From Candidatus Nanopelagicales bacterium (lineage in GTDB: Bacteria; Actinomycetota; Actinomycetes; S36-B12), in assembly GCA_044375955.1 (NCBI GenBank), contig JBILLS010000001.1:27339-91338 (forward strand): a DNA stretch of 64,000 nt. Direction: 5' to 3'. The translations under genes and the position numbers were made by a program. Below the pieces are notes generated by a model, which was not told the origin of the DNA, did not search any database, and worked only from the letters and a program-made list of their open reading frames with translations. Of the stretch, positions 34,184-42,139 are shown piece after piece (positions within the stretch are counted from its first letter, which is position 1; every line of letters starts with the position of its first letter).

Positions 34184-35554
34184 TCAGAGGTCACTGGTGG
34201 CGACAGACACGAAGTCGATCTTGTCCCGTACCCCGCAGTCCGGGCAGCACCAGCTGTCCGGCACCTGAGACCACGCGGTGCCCGCGGGAAAGCCCTCGCG
34301 CGCATCGCCGATGCGCTCGTCGAATGTGTAGCCGCAGGAGGGACACATGTATATGTGTGACGCATTTTGGGCAGGCAGTGGTGCGTCCTGGGTCTCGGCA
34401 AGCAGTGCCGCCGGGGCGGGCCACCGCTCGAGGATGCTCGTGCGCGCGTGCGGTGCGAGGTTCGCCCGAGACATATCCCCACCGAAATGCGTGGCGACTC
34501 GCGGATCCATCACCTTCCGCCATGCCGGAGGAAAGAGGGCGAGCAAGATCATCCCCGCGTATCCGGTGGGCAGCACCGGTGAGAGCTCATAGTCGCGCAA
34601 CGCCTGATAGCGGCGAGTGGGTTGCGCATGGTGATCGCTGTGACGTTGCAGGTGATAGAGCAACACGTTCGTGGCGAGGTTGTTGGAATTCCAGCTGTGC
34701 GTGGGGTCGACCCGTTCATAGCGCTCGCGATCTCCCGATCGCACCTTCTGGCGCAGCATTCCGTAATGCTCGAGATAGTTCACCGCCTCGAGGAGTGTGA
34801 TCGCCACGAGCGCCTGCAGGATCAGGAAGGGGATGATCGCGGTACCCAGCCACACGACCATGACAGCCCAGAGGGCGAGTGTCATCAGCCATGAGTTGAT
34901 CACATCGTTTCCGATACGCAGCGGGCTGAGGTTGCGTCGGGCGTAGCGACGCCTCTCCAGGTTCCACGCACTGCGCAGGGAGCCGAAGACGGTTCTGGGC
35001 CAGAACCGGTAGAAGCTCTCACCGACCCGGCTGCTCGCCGGATCCTCCGGCGTTGCCACGCGCACGTGATGACCGCGGTTGTGCTCGATATAGAAGTGGC
35101 CATAACCGCTCTGCGCGAGCGCGATCTTCGACAACCACCGCTCGTTCGCCTCCTTCTTATGGCCGAGTTCGTGAGCGGTGTTGATCCCGAGTCCCCCGAT
35201 GAACCCGACGGTGACCGCGAGACCCACCTGCTCCCAAGTGCTCAGTCCCCCGTTCACGATGAACCAGAACGACGTCGCAAAGCCCGCGTACTGCAGGGGC
35301 AGGAAGAGGTAGGTGATCCATCGGTAGTAGCGATCACGCTCAAGTGCCTCGATGACGTCCTCGGGCGGATTAGCACGGTCGAGCCCGGTCACCACATCGA
35401 TGAGCGGAACAACACCGAGAATGAAGATCGGACCCAGCCACAGCCACACGGCCATGTCGGTCGCGAGGAACAACCCGATGGCGAGGAACGGCAACAGGGG
35501 CATGAGCAGCGCGACAAGCCAGAGGTACCGCTTATGGTCGCGCCAGGTGTCCAT
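34184..35554 (-). CDS. alkB: Alkane 1-monooxygenase fused to a C-terminal rubredoxin (AlkB-Rd)
   Basis: His boxes HELGHK, EHNRGHH and LQRHSDHH, plus NYLEHYG. The C-terminal 55 aa carry CPSCG...CPDCG. Start taken at ATG 35554 (MDTWRDHKRY). Confidence 0.9.
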   Translation of the reverse strand: MDTWRDHKRYLWLVALLMPLLPFLAIGLFLATDMAVWLWLGPIFILGVVPLIDVVTGLDRANPPEDVIEALERDRYYRWITYLFLPLQYAGFATSFWFIVNGGLSTWEQVGLAVTVGFIGGLGINTAHELGHKKEANERWLSKIALAQSGYGHFYIEHNRGHHVRVATPEDPASSRVGESFYRFWPRTVFGSLRSAWNLERRRYARRNLSPLRIGNDVINSWLMTLALWAVMVVWLGTAIIPFLILQALVAITLLEAVNYLEHYGMLRQKVRSGDRERYERVDPTHSWNSNNLATNVLLYHLQRHSDHHAQPTRRYQALRDYELSPVLPTGYAGMILLALFPPAWRKVMDPRVATHFGGDMSRANLAPHARTSILERWPAPAALLAETQDAPLPAQNASHIYMCPSCGYTFDERIGDAREGFPAGTAWSQVPDSWCCPDCGVRDKIDFVSVATSDL

Positions 35555-35618
35555 CACACCCCCTTGGGATCCCACAACTGTACCCAGGGAAGGACGACGC
35601 CTCCAGGGATGCGTGGCT

Positions 35619-36011
35619 CTAGCCGCGGATGCCCTTCGAGACTGCCCGCTCGGCGGTCTTCACCTTGATGTAGGTGGAGGAGGACGAGTTCCACATGAAC
35701 CAGAGCACGAGTACCTGGATCGCCAGGCGGACGATCCCGAGAAGCACCTCACCGCTGAAGATCTGCGTGACTTCATTGATGACGGCGATCACCGCGAAGA
35801 CCGAAATCAGTATTCGAGCCCAGTTGTGGCCACGGGCGAGTGAGAACGCGATAACCGCAGCGACGACCGCAACGGCGGTCACGAACAGGCTGAGCAGCAG
35901 CCCCACGACCGAGAAATCGGCGGCAAGGACGGCGAACGCCGCGATGATCGAGAGGACGACATAGAGCCATACGAGGAGTACCGCGATGGTCAGGGTAAAA
36001 GGTCTGCGCAT
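35619..36011 (-). CDS. Small polytopic membrane protein (hypothetical)
   Basis: About 130 aa with four hydrophobic helices. Lower GC than its neighbours by eye. No family recognised. Confidence 0.5.
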   Translation of the reverse strand: MRRPFTLTIAVLLVWLYVVLSIIAAFAVLAADFSVVGLLLSLFVTAVAVVAAVIAFSLARGHNWARILISVFAVIAVINEVTQIFSGEVLLGIVRLAIQVLVLWFMWNSSSSTYIKVKTAERAVSKGIRG

Positions 36012-36057
36012 GGGGACACGGTAGTGACAATCCATGTCCGGCGGGGGGTCATCCGCG

Positions 36058-36816
36058 CTACTGGGGCAACTTTCGGAAAATCGGCCGCGGAACCGCCTTC
36101 ACCGCGGTCATCAGGAACCTCAGAGGCCCGGGGGCGTAGACCGTGTGCTTGCCCTTGCGCAACGCGGTCACGATGACCTGAGCGACCTCGTCCGGGTCCG
36201 AGGTCATCGGCGCCTCCGGCAGCCCAGCACTCATGCGGGTGCGGACCATGCCCGGGCGCACCACGAGAACGCTGGCACCCGATCCCGCGAGAGCGTCCCC
36301 CAATCCTTGGGCGAATGCGTCGAGACCAGCCTTGGTCGAGCCGTAGACGTAGTTGGAACGGCGCGCCCGATCCCCGGCAACGCTGGAGAGCACCACGAGG
36401 TGACCGTGGCCCTGGTCGCGAAGTCTGCGTGCAACGTGCAAACCCACACTGACCGCGCCCGTGTAGTTGACGGTGGCGATCTCGACCGCGAGAGCGGGAT
36501 TCGCCTCCACCTGCATCTGGTCGCCGAGGACGCCGAACGCCACGATGACGATGTCGATGTCTCCCGCATCGAAGATCGTGTCGATGATGTGTTGGTGGGA
36601 TGCGGTGTCCGCCGCATCGAACGCGGTGGTCTCTACCCCGGTGATCCCGGCGGCGGTCAGCCGCTGAGCTGCGGCATCGAGCGCGGGGCCGGGGCGGCCG
36701 GCGAGGATCACCCGACGCAGGCGCGCACGGGGCAGCGCGAGAACCGTCGCACTCGCGATCTCGCTACTCCCACCGAGCACGAGCACGGACTGTGGGTCTC
36801 CCAACGCATCGATCAC
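36058..36816 (-). CDS. dprE2: Decaprenylphospho-2'-keto-ribose reductase (DprE2-like SDR)
   Basis: SVLVLGGSSEIA... and YGSTKAG (SDR motifs). GTG 36816 forms a GTGA overlap with the dprE1 stop. Confidence 0.85.
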   Translation of the reverse strand: MIDALGDPQSVLVLGGSSEIASATVLALPRARLRRVILAGRPGPALDAAAQRLTAAGITGVETTAFDAADTASHQHIIDTIFDAGDIDIVIVAFGVLGDQMQVEANPALAVEIATVNYTGAVSVGLHVARRLRDQGHGHLVVLSSVAGDRARRSNYVYGSTKAGLDAFAQGLGDALAGSGASVLVVRPGMVRTRMSAGLPEAPMTSDPDEVAQVIVTALRKGKHTVYAPGPLRFLMTAVKAVPRPIFRKLPQ

Positions 36817-38183
36817 AGCGCCAGTCTCCTTGCCAAGTCCGATGTGAACACCCGGTTGGGATCCATCCTGTCCCGAACAGCCTGCCATTCGGTCAGCCGC
36901 GGATAGGTACGACGCACCATCTCCGGGGATTGGCGCGAATCCTTGGCGAAGTAGAGGCGTCCGCCGGACTGCGCCACCAGCTCATCGAGTTCGTCGAGGA
37001 CGCGATCCAGGCCCTCGACGCGGGCCGGCACGTCGGCGGCCAGAGTCCACCCCGACATGGGGAAGGACAGCGGAGCCGGGTTACCTGGTCCGAAGCGCTT
37101 CAGCACCGTGAGGAAACTCGGTGCACCCACTCGCGCGAGTCGGTCGAGTGCCGTACGCACGAGCTCGGCACCTGCGTCAGGGACGACGAACTGATACTGG
37201 AGGAATCCCCGGGGCCCGTAGACGCGATTCCATTCCTGCACACCGTCAAGGGGATGGAAGAACCCGGCGATGGTCTGCAGTTCCCCTGCGCGCTTCGCCG
37301 GGTGTTTGCGAAACCATGCTTCGTTGAATGCTCGGACGGTGAGGGTGTTGAGAAGTCCCGAAGGGATGAGCGATGGCGCGGTCATGCGCACTGAGGGGTC
37401 GTAGTCGCGCATCTGGGCGCGTTTGGCGCTCGGTATCTGCTCGGCTCGTGCGTGATCGCCACAGGTGATCACGCCACGTCCGGAGGATGCGACCGAATCG
37501 ATCCAGGCGACGCTGTAGCGATAGTCACTGTCGCGGGCGAGCATGCGCGCCATCACATCGTCGAGATCCCTGCCGCGCTCGGTATCGACACTGATCAAAG
37601 ATGTCTCGATCGGAATCACGTCGAACGTGGCGTTCAGGATGATGCCTGTCAGGCCCATGCCCCCGACCGTGGCCCAGAACTCATCCGGCGTGGTCTCCGG
37701 TGTCAGGGTGCGCAGGTGCCCGTCCGCCATGAGTAGGTCAAGTGCACGCACGTGCGCCCCGAAGCTTCCGTTGACGTGATGATTCTTGCCGTGGATGTCG
37801 GCCGCGATCGCACCCCCGACGGTGACCATGCGGGTTCCGGGAGTGACCGGAACGAAGAAGCCCTGCGGGACAATCGTCCGCAGGATCGAATCCAGACTCG
37901 CTCCGCCATCCGCGCGCACGGTCGCGGTTGCCGCATCGAGGGTGAATCCGTTCACCCCGGTCATATCGATGACCGTGGCGCCACCGGATTGCGCCGCGTC
38001 ACCGTAGGAGCGTCCGAGGCCGCGTGCGAGAACGCCGCGCGGGGAGCGTTGGTGGATGGCATCGGTGATCTCCGAGGGGTCTGTGGCGTGCACGACACGC
38101 GCACGTGACGGGGCTGTCCGACCCCAGCCGGTCAGGAGCTCCTCGTCCTCCGCGGGGACAAGTGGCGAGAGGGGCGGGCTCAC
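36813..38183 (-). CDS. dprE1: Decaprenylphosphoryl-beta-D-ribose oxidase (DprE1-like FAD protein)
   Basis: 456 aa, LTGWGRTAPSRARV...RGLGRSYGD (FAD/PCMH domain), with the DprE1 pattern along its full length. The GTG start overlaps the ubiA stop. Confidence 0.9.
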   Translation of the reverse strand: MSPPLSPLVPAEDEELLTGWGRTAPSRARVVHATDPSEITDAIHQRSPRGVLARGLGRSYGDAAQSGGATVIDMTGVNGFTLDAATATVRADGGASLDSILRTIVPQGFFVPVTPGTRMVTVGGAIAADIHGKNHHVNGSFGAHVRALDLLMADGHLRTLTPETTPDEFWATVGGMGLTGIILNATFDVIPIETSLISVDTERGRDLDDVMARMLARDSDYRYSVAWIDSVASSGRGVITCGDHARAEQIPSAKRAQMRDYDPSVRMTAPSLIPSGLLNTLTVRAFNEAWFRKHPAKRAGELQTIAGFFHPLDGVQEWNRVYGPRGFLQYQFVVPDAGAELVRTALDRLARVGAPSFLTVLKRFGPGNPAPLSFPMSGWTLAADVPARVEGLDRVLDELDELVAQSGGRLYFAKDSRQSPEMVRRTYPRLTEWQAVRDRMDPNRVFTSDLARRLAL

Positions 38184-39049
38184 AGTCCCAACGCCCCCAA
38201 CCCGAACATGACGACCCAGATCACGCCGAGCAGGAGGAGCACCCGATCACCAAGCGCTGCGTCCTCGGGTGCCTCCGCCTCACCACGGTCGATGTCGATG
38301 GCGTAGCGCAGGATCGCGAGCACGAACGGGACCACACTCCACTGCGCCCAGGGGAACGACGATGGAGTCGCCGCAACGTCGAATGCCCACAGGCAGTACG
38401 CGGTGATCGTGACCGCAGCGGACACAGCCCAGACGAAGCGCAGATAGCCGGGGGTGTAGCCGGCGAGGCTGCGGCGAGGAGTCGTCGACTCTCCCTCGCG
38501 TCGCGCACGCTCGAGTTCACTGAAACGTTTGCCGGCAGCCATGAAGAGCGACCCGAATCCCGCGACGATAAGGAACCACTGGGAAATGGGCAGGTCCGAT
38601 GCCGCACCACCGGCGATCGCGCGCAGCAGGAAGCCCATGGCGACCAGTGCGAGTTCGAGAACCGGTTCGTGTTTGAGCACCAATGAGTAGAGCAGTGTGA
38701 TGACGGTGTACGCGGCGACAACACCGGCGAGTGCCGGCTGGATGAACCACGAAAGCGCGAGCGCCGCGAGCGCGAGCACGATGGCGGTGAGCACTGCGGC
38801 TCCGACCGAAAGTCGGCCCGAGGCGATCGCGCGGTGCTGCTTCTTCGGGTGCGCGCGGTCAGCCTCGACATCACGTACGTCGTTGATCAGGTAGGTAGCC
38901 GAGGAGATCAGGCAGAAGGCGACGAACGCACCGATCGACGGTAGGAGGATGTCAGGCTCGAAGAGGCGCCCTGCGCCCAGCGGTGCGGCGAAGACCAGGA
39001 TGTTCTTCGTCCACTGACGCGGACGCAGAGCACTCACCCACGCGCTCAT
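38180..39049 (-). CDS. Decaprenyl-phosphate 5-phosphoribosyltransferase (UbiA family, Rv3806c-like)
   Basis: LINDVRDVEADRAHPKK (NDxxDxxxD), about 8 TM segments. The ATG overlaps the upstream gene's stop (ATGA). Confidence 0.85.
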   Translation of the reverse strand: MSAWVSALRPRQWTKNILVFAAPLGAGRLFEPDILLPSIGAFVAFCLISSATYLINDVRDVEADRAHPKKQHRAIASGRLSVGAAVLTAIVLALAALALSWFIQPALAGVVAAYTVITLLYSLVLKHEPVLELALVAMGFLLRAIAGGAASDLPISQWFLIVAGFGSLFMAAGKRFSELERARREGESTTPRRSLAGYTPGYLRFVWAVSAAVTITAYCLWAFDVAATPSSFPWAQWSVVPFVLAILRYAIDIDRGEAEAPEDAALGDRVLLLLGVIWVVMFGLGALGL

Positions 39050-39522
39050 GCGCGCTCTTCATGAAGACCGGGTTCCGTGTCGCCGATGATGCGCGCGACC
39101 TGCGGGACGACCAGGAACCACGTGATGATGTGCGGGATCGTCAACCAGATGCGCGTGGACCACTCCACCGGTTGAGTCAGCGGGTTGATGCAGGACAGCG
39201 CGGCGATCAGCGTGCCGACCCAGAAGACGATGCGTCCGGCATACCGAAATCCACGGAGGAACCCGGCGAGCAGGGCACCGGCGATCGCGGAACCCAGGGG
39301 GATCACCACGACGAGGACCCAGGGCACCACCTCGGGGATCCCGTCGAGGACCACCTCCATGGGGACGCCGATGCCGCGGGCCAGCCCGTAGACGGCGAGG
39401 CTGAGCAGGGAGGACCAGGCCCCGGTCACCAGGCCGGCGTAGGCCAGGGTCCGGAAAGTCGGGTGCGCACTCGTCGGTGGGGCGATGGGAGTGACGGATT
39501 GGGCCCACGCCACCCTCGCCAT
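39046..39522 (-). CDS. Hypothetical four-TM membrane protein, first gene of the ubiA-dprE1-dprE2 array
   Basis: The ORF is translationally coupled to ubiA. I saw no PAP2 motifs (KxxxxxxRP/PSGH/SRxxxxxHxxxD). The start is uncertain (39522 to 39573). Confidence 0.5.
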   Translation of the reverse strand: MARVAWAQSVTPIAPPTSAHPTFRTLAYAGLVTGAWSSLLSLAVYGLARGIGVPMEVVLDGIPEVVPWVLVVVIPLGSAIAGALLAGFLRGFRYAGRIVFWVGTLIAALSCINPLTQPVEWSTRIWLTIPHIITWFLVVPQVARIIGDTEPGLHEERA

Positions 39523-39572
39523 GCAGGCATTGTTCCCTGTCGTCTTGCATTCCGCCCGAATGGGCGGCATCA

Positions 39573-39594
39573 TAAGTTACTGGCCAGTAACTTA
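39573..39594. promoter_or_regulatory. 22-bp perfect palindrome TAAGTTACTGGCCAGTAACTTA in the divergent spacer upstream of fadE. Candidate operator.
   Basis: Read directly and fully self-complementary. Its right end is 17 nt from the fadE ATG (39611). It is AT-rich relative to its surroundings. Confidence 0.6.
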
Positions 39595-39610
39595 GCTCTG
39601 CGAGGATGCG

Positions 39611-41446
39611 ATGAGTCACTACAAGAGCAACGTCCGCGATCTCGAGTTCAACGTGTTCGAGGTCTTCGGCGCCGGTGAACGCATGGGCACCGGTCCCTTC
39701 GCCGACATGGACGAGGAGACCGCGCGCGGGATCCTCGAAGAAGTCAACCGACTCTCCGTCGGTCCGCTCGCGGAGTCCTTCGAGGACGCCGATCGCAATC
39801 CCCCGGTCTACGACCCGGCGACGAAGTCCGTCACGATGCCCGAGGGTTTCAAGAAGAGTTTCCGCGCGCTCATGGACTCCGAGTGGTGGCGTCTCGACCT
39901 GCCGCAGCACATCGGTGGTGCAGGTGCACCGCCGTCGCTGCGTTGGGCCGCCAGTGAGCTCATGCTCGGTGCCAATCCGGCAGCGTTCCTCTTCATGTCC
40001 GGCCCGAACTTCGCCGCCGTCATCGACGGTCTCGGGACCGAGGAGCAGAAGAAGTTCGCAGCTCTCATGATCGACAAGGGCTGGGGCGCCACGATGGTCC
40101 TCACCGAGCCCGACGCCGGATCCGATGTCGGCGCTGGCCGCGCCAAGGCGTACGACAATGGAGACGGCACCTGGCGCATCGAGGGTGTGAAGCGCTTCAT
40201 CACCTCAGCCGAGCACGACATGGCCGACAACATCGTGCACCTCGTGTTGGCTCGCCCCGAGGGCGCAGGCCCCGGCACCAAGGGCCTCTCGCTGTTCATC
40301 GTGCCGAAGTACCACGTCGATCTCGAGACAGGTGAGCTCGGTGCACGTAACGGTGTGTACGCCACCAACGTCGAGAAGAAGATGGGGCTGAAGGCGTCCA
40401 CGACATGTGAGATGACCTTCGGGGAGAAGGAGCCGGCTATTGGCTGGCTGCTCGGTGAAGTGCACGACGGCATCGCGCAGATGTTCAAGGTCATCGAGTA
40501 CGCCCGCATGATGGTGGGCACGAAGGCCATCGCGACCCTGTCGACGGGATACCTGAACGCCCTCGACTACGCGAAGACGCGCGTGCAAGGTCCGGATCTG
40601 ACCACGATGATGGACAAGTCCTCACCGCGCGTGACGATCACGCACCACCCGGATGTCCGCCGCAGCCTGATGCTGCAGAAGTCCTACGCCGAGGGCCTGC
40701 GCGCACTCATCGCCTACACCGCGTACTGGCAGGACCTCGTGCAGATGGCCCAGGCCGGTGTCCCGGACATCGACCTCGATCAAGCGGAGCGGATGAACGA
40801 TCTCCTGCTCCCGCTCGTCAAGGGTGTGGGTTCGGAGCGCAGCTACGAGATGCTCGCGGTTTCGCTTCAGACCTTCGGTGGCTCCGGCTTCCTGCAGGAC
40901 TACCCGATCGAGCAGTACATCCGCGACGCGAAGATCGACACCCTCTACGAGGGCACCACGGCGATCCAGGGTCTCGACTTCTTCTTCCGCAAGATGGTCC
41001 GTGATCAATTCCGGGCGATCACCTACCTCGCCAGCCAGATCACCGAGACCGTCAAGGGCGATGAGGGCAACGGCCAACTCGCCACGGAACGCGAGTTGCT
41101 CGGCAAGGCTCTCGAGGACGTGCAGGGCATCGTCGGCGTCATGGGCCAGTGGGCCATGGCAGCGCAGCAGAACCCTGCGGAGATCTACAAGGTCGGCCTC
41201 AATAGCACGCGTCTGCTCATGGCCACCGGCGACCTCGTGATCGGATGGCTGCTCGTGCGCCAGGCCGAGGTTGCGCTCGCGGCCTTGGCGGCCGGGCCGT
41301 CCGCGAAGGACACGGCGTTCTACACGGGCAAAGTGGAGACCGCGCGTTGGTTCGCGCGCAATCGCCTCCCGCTGCTGTCGTCCGAGCGCGCCATCGCGGA
41401 AGCCACGACCGGCGAGATCATGGAACTGCCCGAGGAGGCCTTCTAG
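39611..41446 (+). CDS. fadE: Long-type acyl-CoA dehydrogenase (FadE5-like, 611 aa)
   Basis: [18 protein letters not shown]... is the N-terminal extension domain. The ACAD core (...LTEPDAGSD...) and a C-terminal extension follow. Confidence 0.9.
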   Translation: MSHYKSNVRDLEFNVFEVFGAGERMGTGPFADMDEETARGILEEVNRLSVGPLAESFEDADRNPPVYDPATKSVTMPEGFKKSFRALMDSEWWRLDLPQHIGGAGAPPSLRWAASELMLGANPAAFLFMSGPNFAAVIDGLGTEEQKKFAALMIDKGWGATMVLTEPDAGSDVGAGRAKAYDNGDGTWRIEGVKRFITSAEHDMADNIVHLVLARPEGAGPGTKGLSLFIVPKYHVDLETGELGARNGVYATNVEKKMGLKASTTCEMTFGEKEPAIGWLLGEVHDGIAQMFKVIEYARMMVGTKAIATLSTGYLNALDYAKTRVQGPDLTTMMDKSSPRVTITHHPDVRRSLMLQKSYAEGLRALIAYTAYWQDLVQMAQAGVPDIDLDQAERMNDLLLPLVKGVGSERSYEMLAVSLQTFGGSGFLQDYPIEQYIRDAKIDTLYEGTTAIQGLDFFFRKMVRDQFRAITYLASQITETVKGDEGNGQLATERELLGKALEDVQGIVGVMGQWAMAAQQNPAEIYKVGLNSTRLLMATGDLVIGWLLVRQAEVALAALAAGPSAKDTAFYTGKVETARWFARNRLPLLSSERAIAEATTGEIMELPEEAF

Positions 41447-41617
41447 GGCGTGCACCGCGGCAACCTTGGCCGATGACAGGATCACGCCATGGTGTCGGTG
41501 AGCGCCACTCGTAGGTCACATCTCCCTCACAGCAGCCAACGCGATCGTCGACGCACACATCGACGAACCACTCGGCTGGTGGTGGGACCTGCATCCGCGC
41601 CACGTACCCTCGTAATC

Positions 41618-42139
41618 ATGAAGCTCATCGTCACGATCTGCGCCGCGGTGGCGTTGATGGTGCTGGGTGCCTCCGGGGCCCAGGCGCACAGCGAACTCCT
41701 CGGGTCGACACCCGCGGATGGAGCGGTCGTCACCGAGGCACCCGCGTCGATCAGCCTGCAATTCAACGAGGAGCCGCTGGACTCCCTGACGGACGTCGTC
41801 ATCACGGATGCAGCGGGCAACGTCGTGGCGATGGATGCCGCCGAGACATCGGGCACGCAGGTGCTGATCCCCTGGCCCGGATCCCTCGGTGCTGGTGATT
41901 ACACGGTGGCCTACCGGGTCGTCTCGGCCGACGGCCACCCGGTGACAGGCACGTTCACCTTCACCTACACGGGCGGAGCGTCAAGCGACACCGCCCCCGT
42001 GATCGACGAGGCGGCTGCCGCGGACGTTCTCGCCGATGTGGAACAACCCGCCTCGAATCTCCCGCTCATCATCGGGGTGGCCGCGCTGATCGTCATAGCG
42101 ATCGCGGTCATCGCCCGCAGGCGACGTACACGTCGATGA
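41618..42139 (+). CDS. copC: CopC-domain copper-binding protein with a C-terminal TM anchor
   Basis: Signal peptide followed by AHSELLGSTPADGAVV, with the mature N-terminal His typical of CopC/YobA. Trimmed to ATG 41618. Confidence 0.8.
   Translation: MKLIVTICAAVALMVLGASGAQAHSELLGSTPADGAVVTEAPASISLQFNEEPLDSLTDVVITDAAGNVVAMDAAETSGTQVLIPWPGSLGAGDYTVAYRVVSADGHPVTGTFTFTYTGGASSDTAPVIDEAAAADVLADVEQPASNLPLIIGVAALIVIAIAVIARRRRTRR

Noticed and set aside
30866-36035. Possible integrated genomic island at tRNA-Gly
   Set aside because: There is no integrase, recombinase or transposase ORF. I could not find a direct repeat of the tRNA 3' end downstream. Only the lower GC, judged by eye, supports the idea. 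I therefore reported it as a regulator islet and not as a mobile element.
41418-41603. 61-aa minus-strand ORF and a 44-codon upstream extension in the 172-nt fadE-copC spacer
   Set aside because: No motif, no ribosome-binding context and atypical composition. The spacer most likely holds the copC promoter. I looked for a second CsoR-like box here and found only a lone TACCC half-site.
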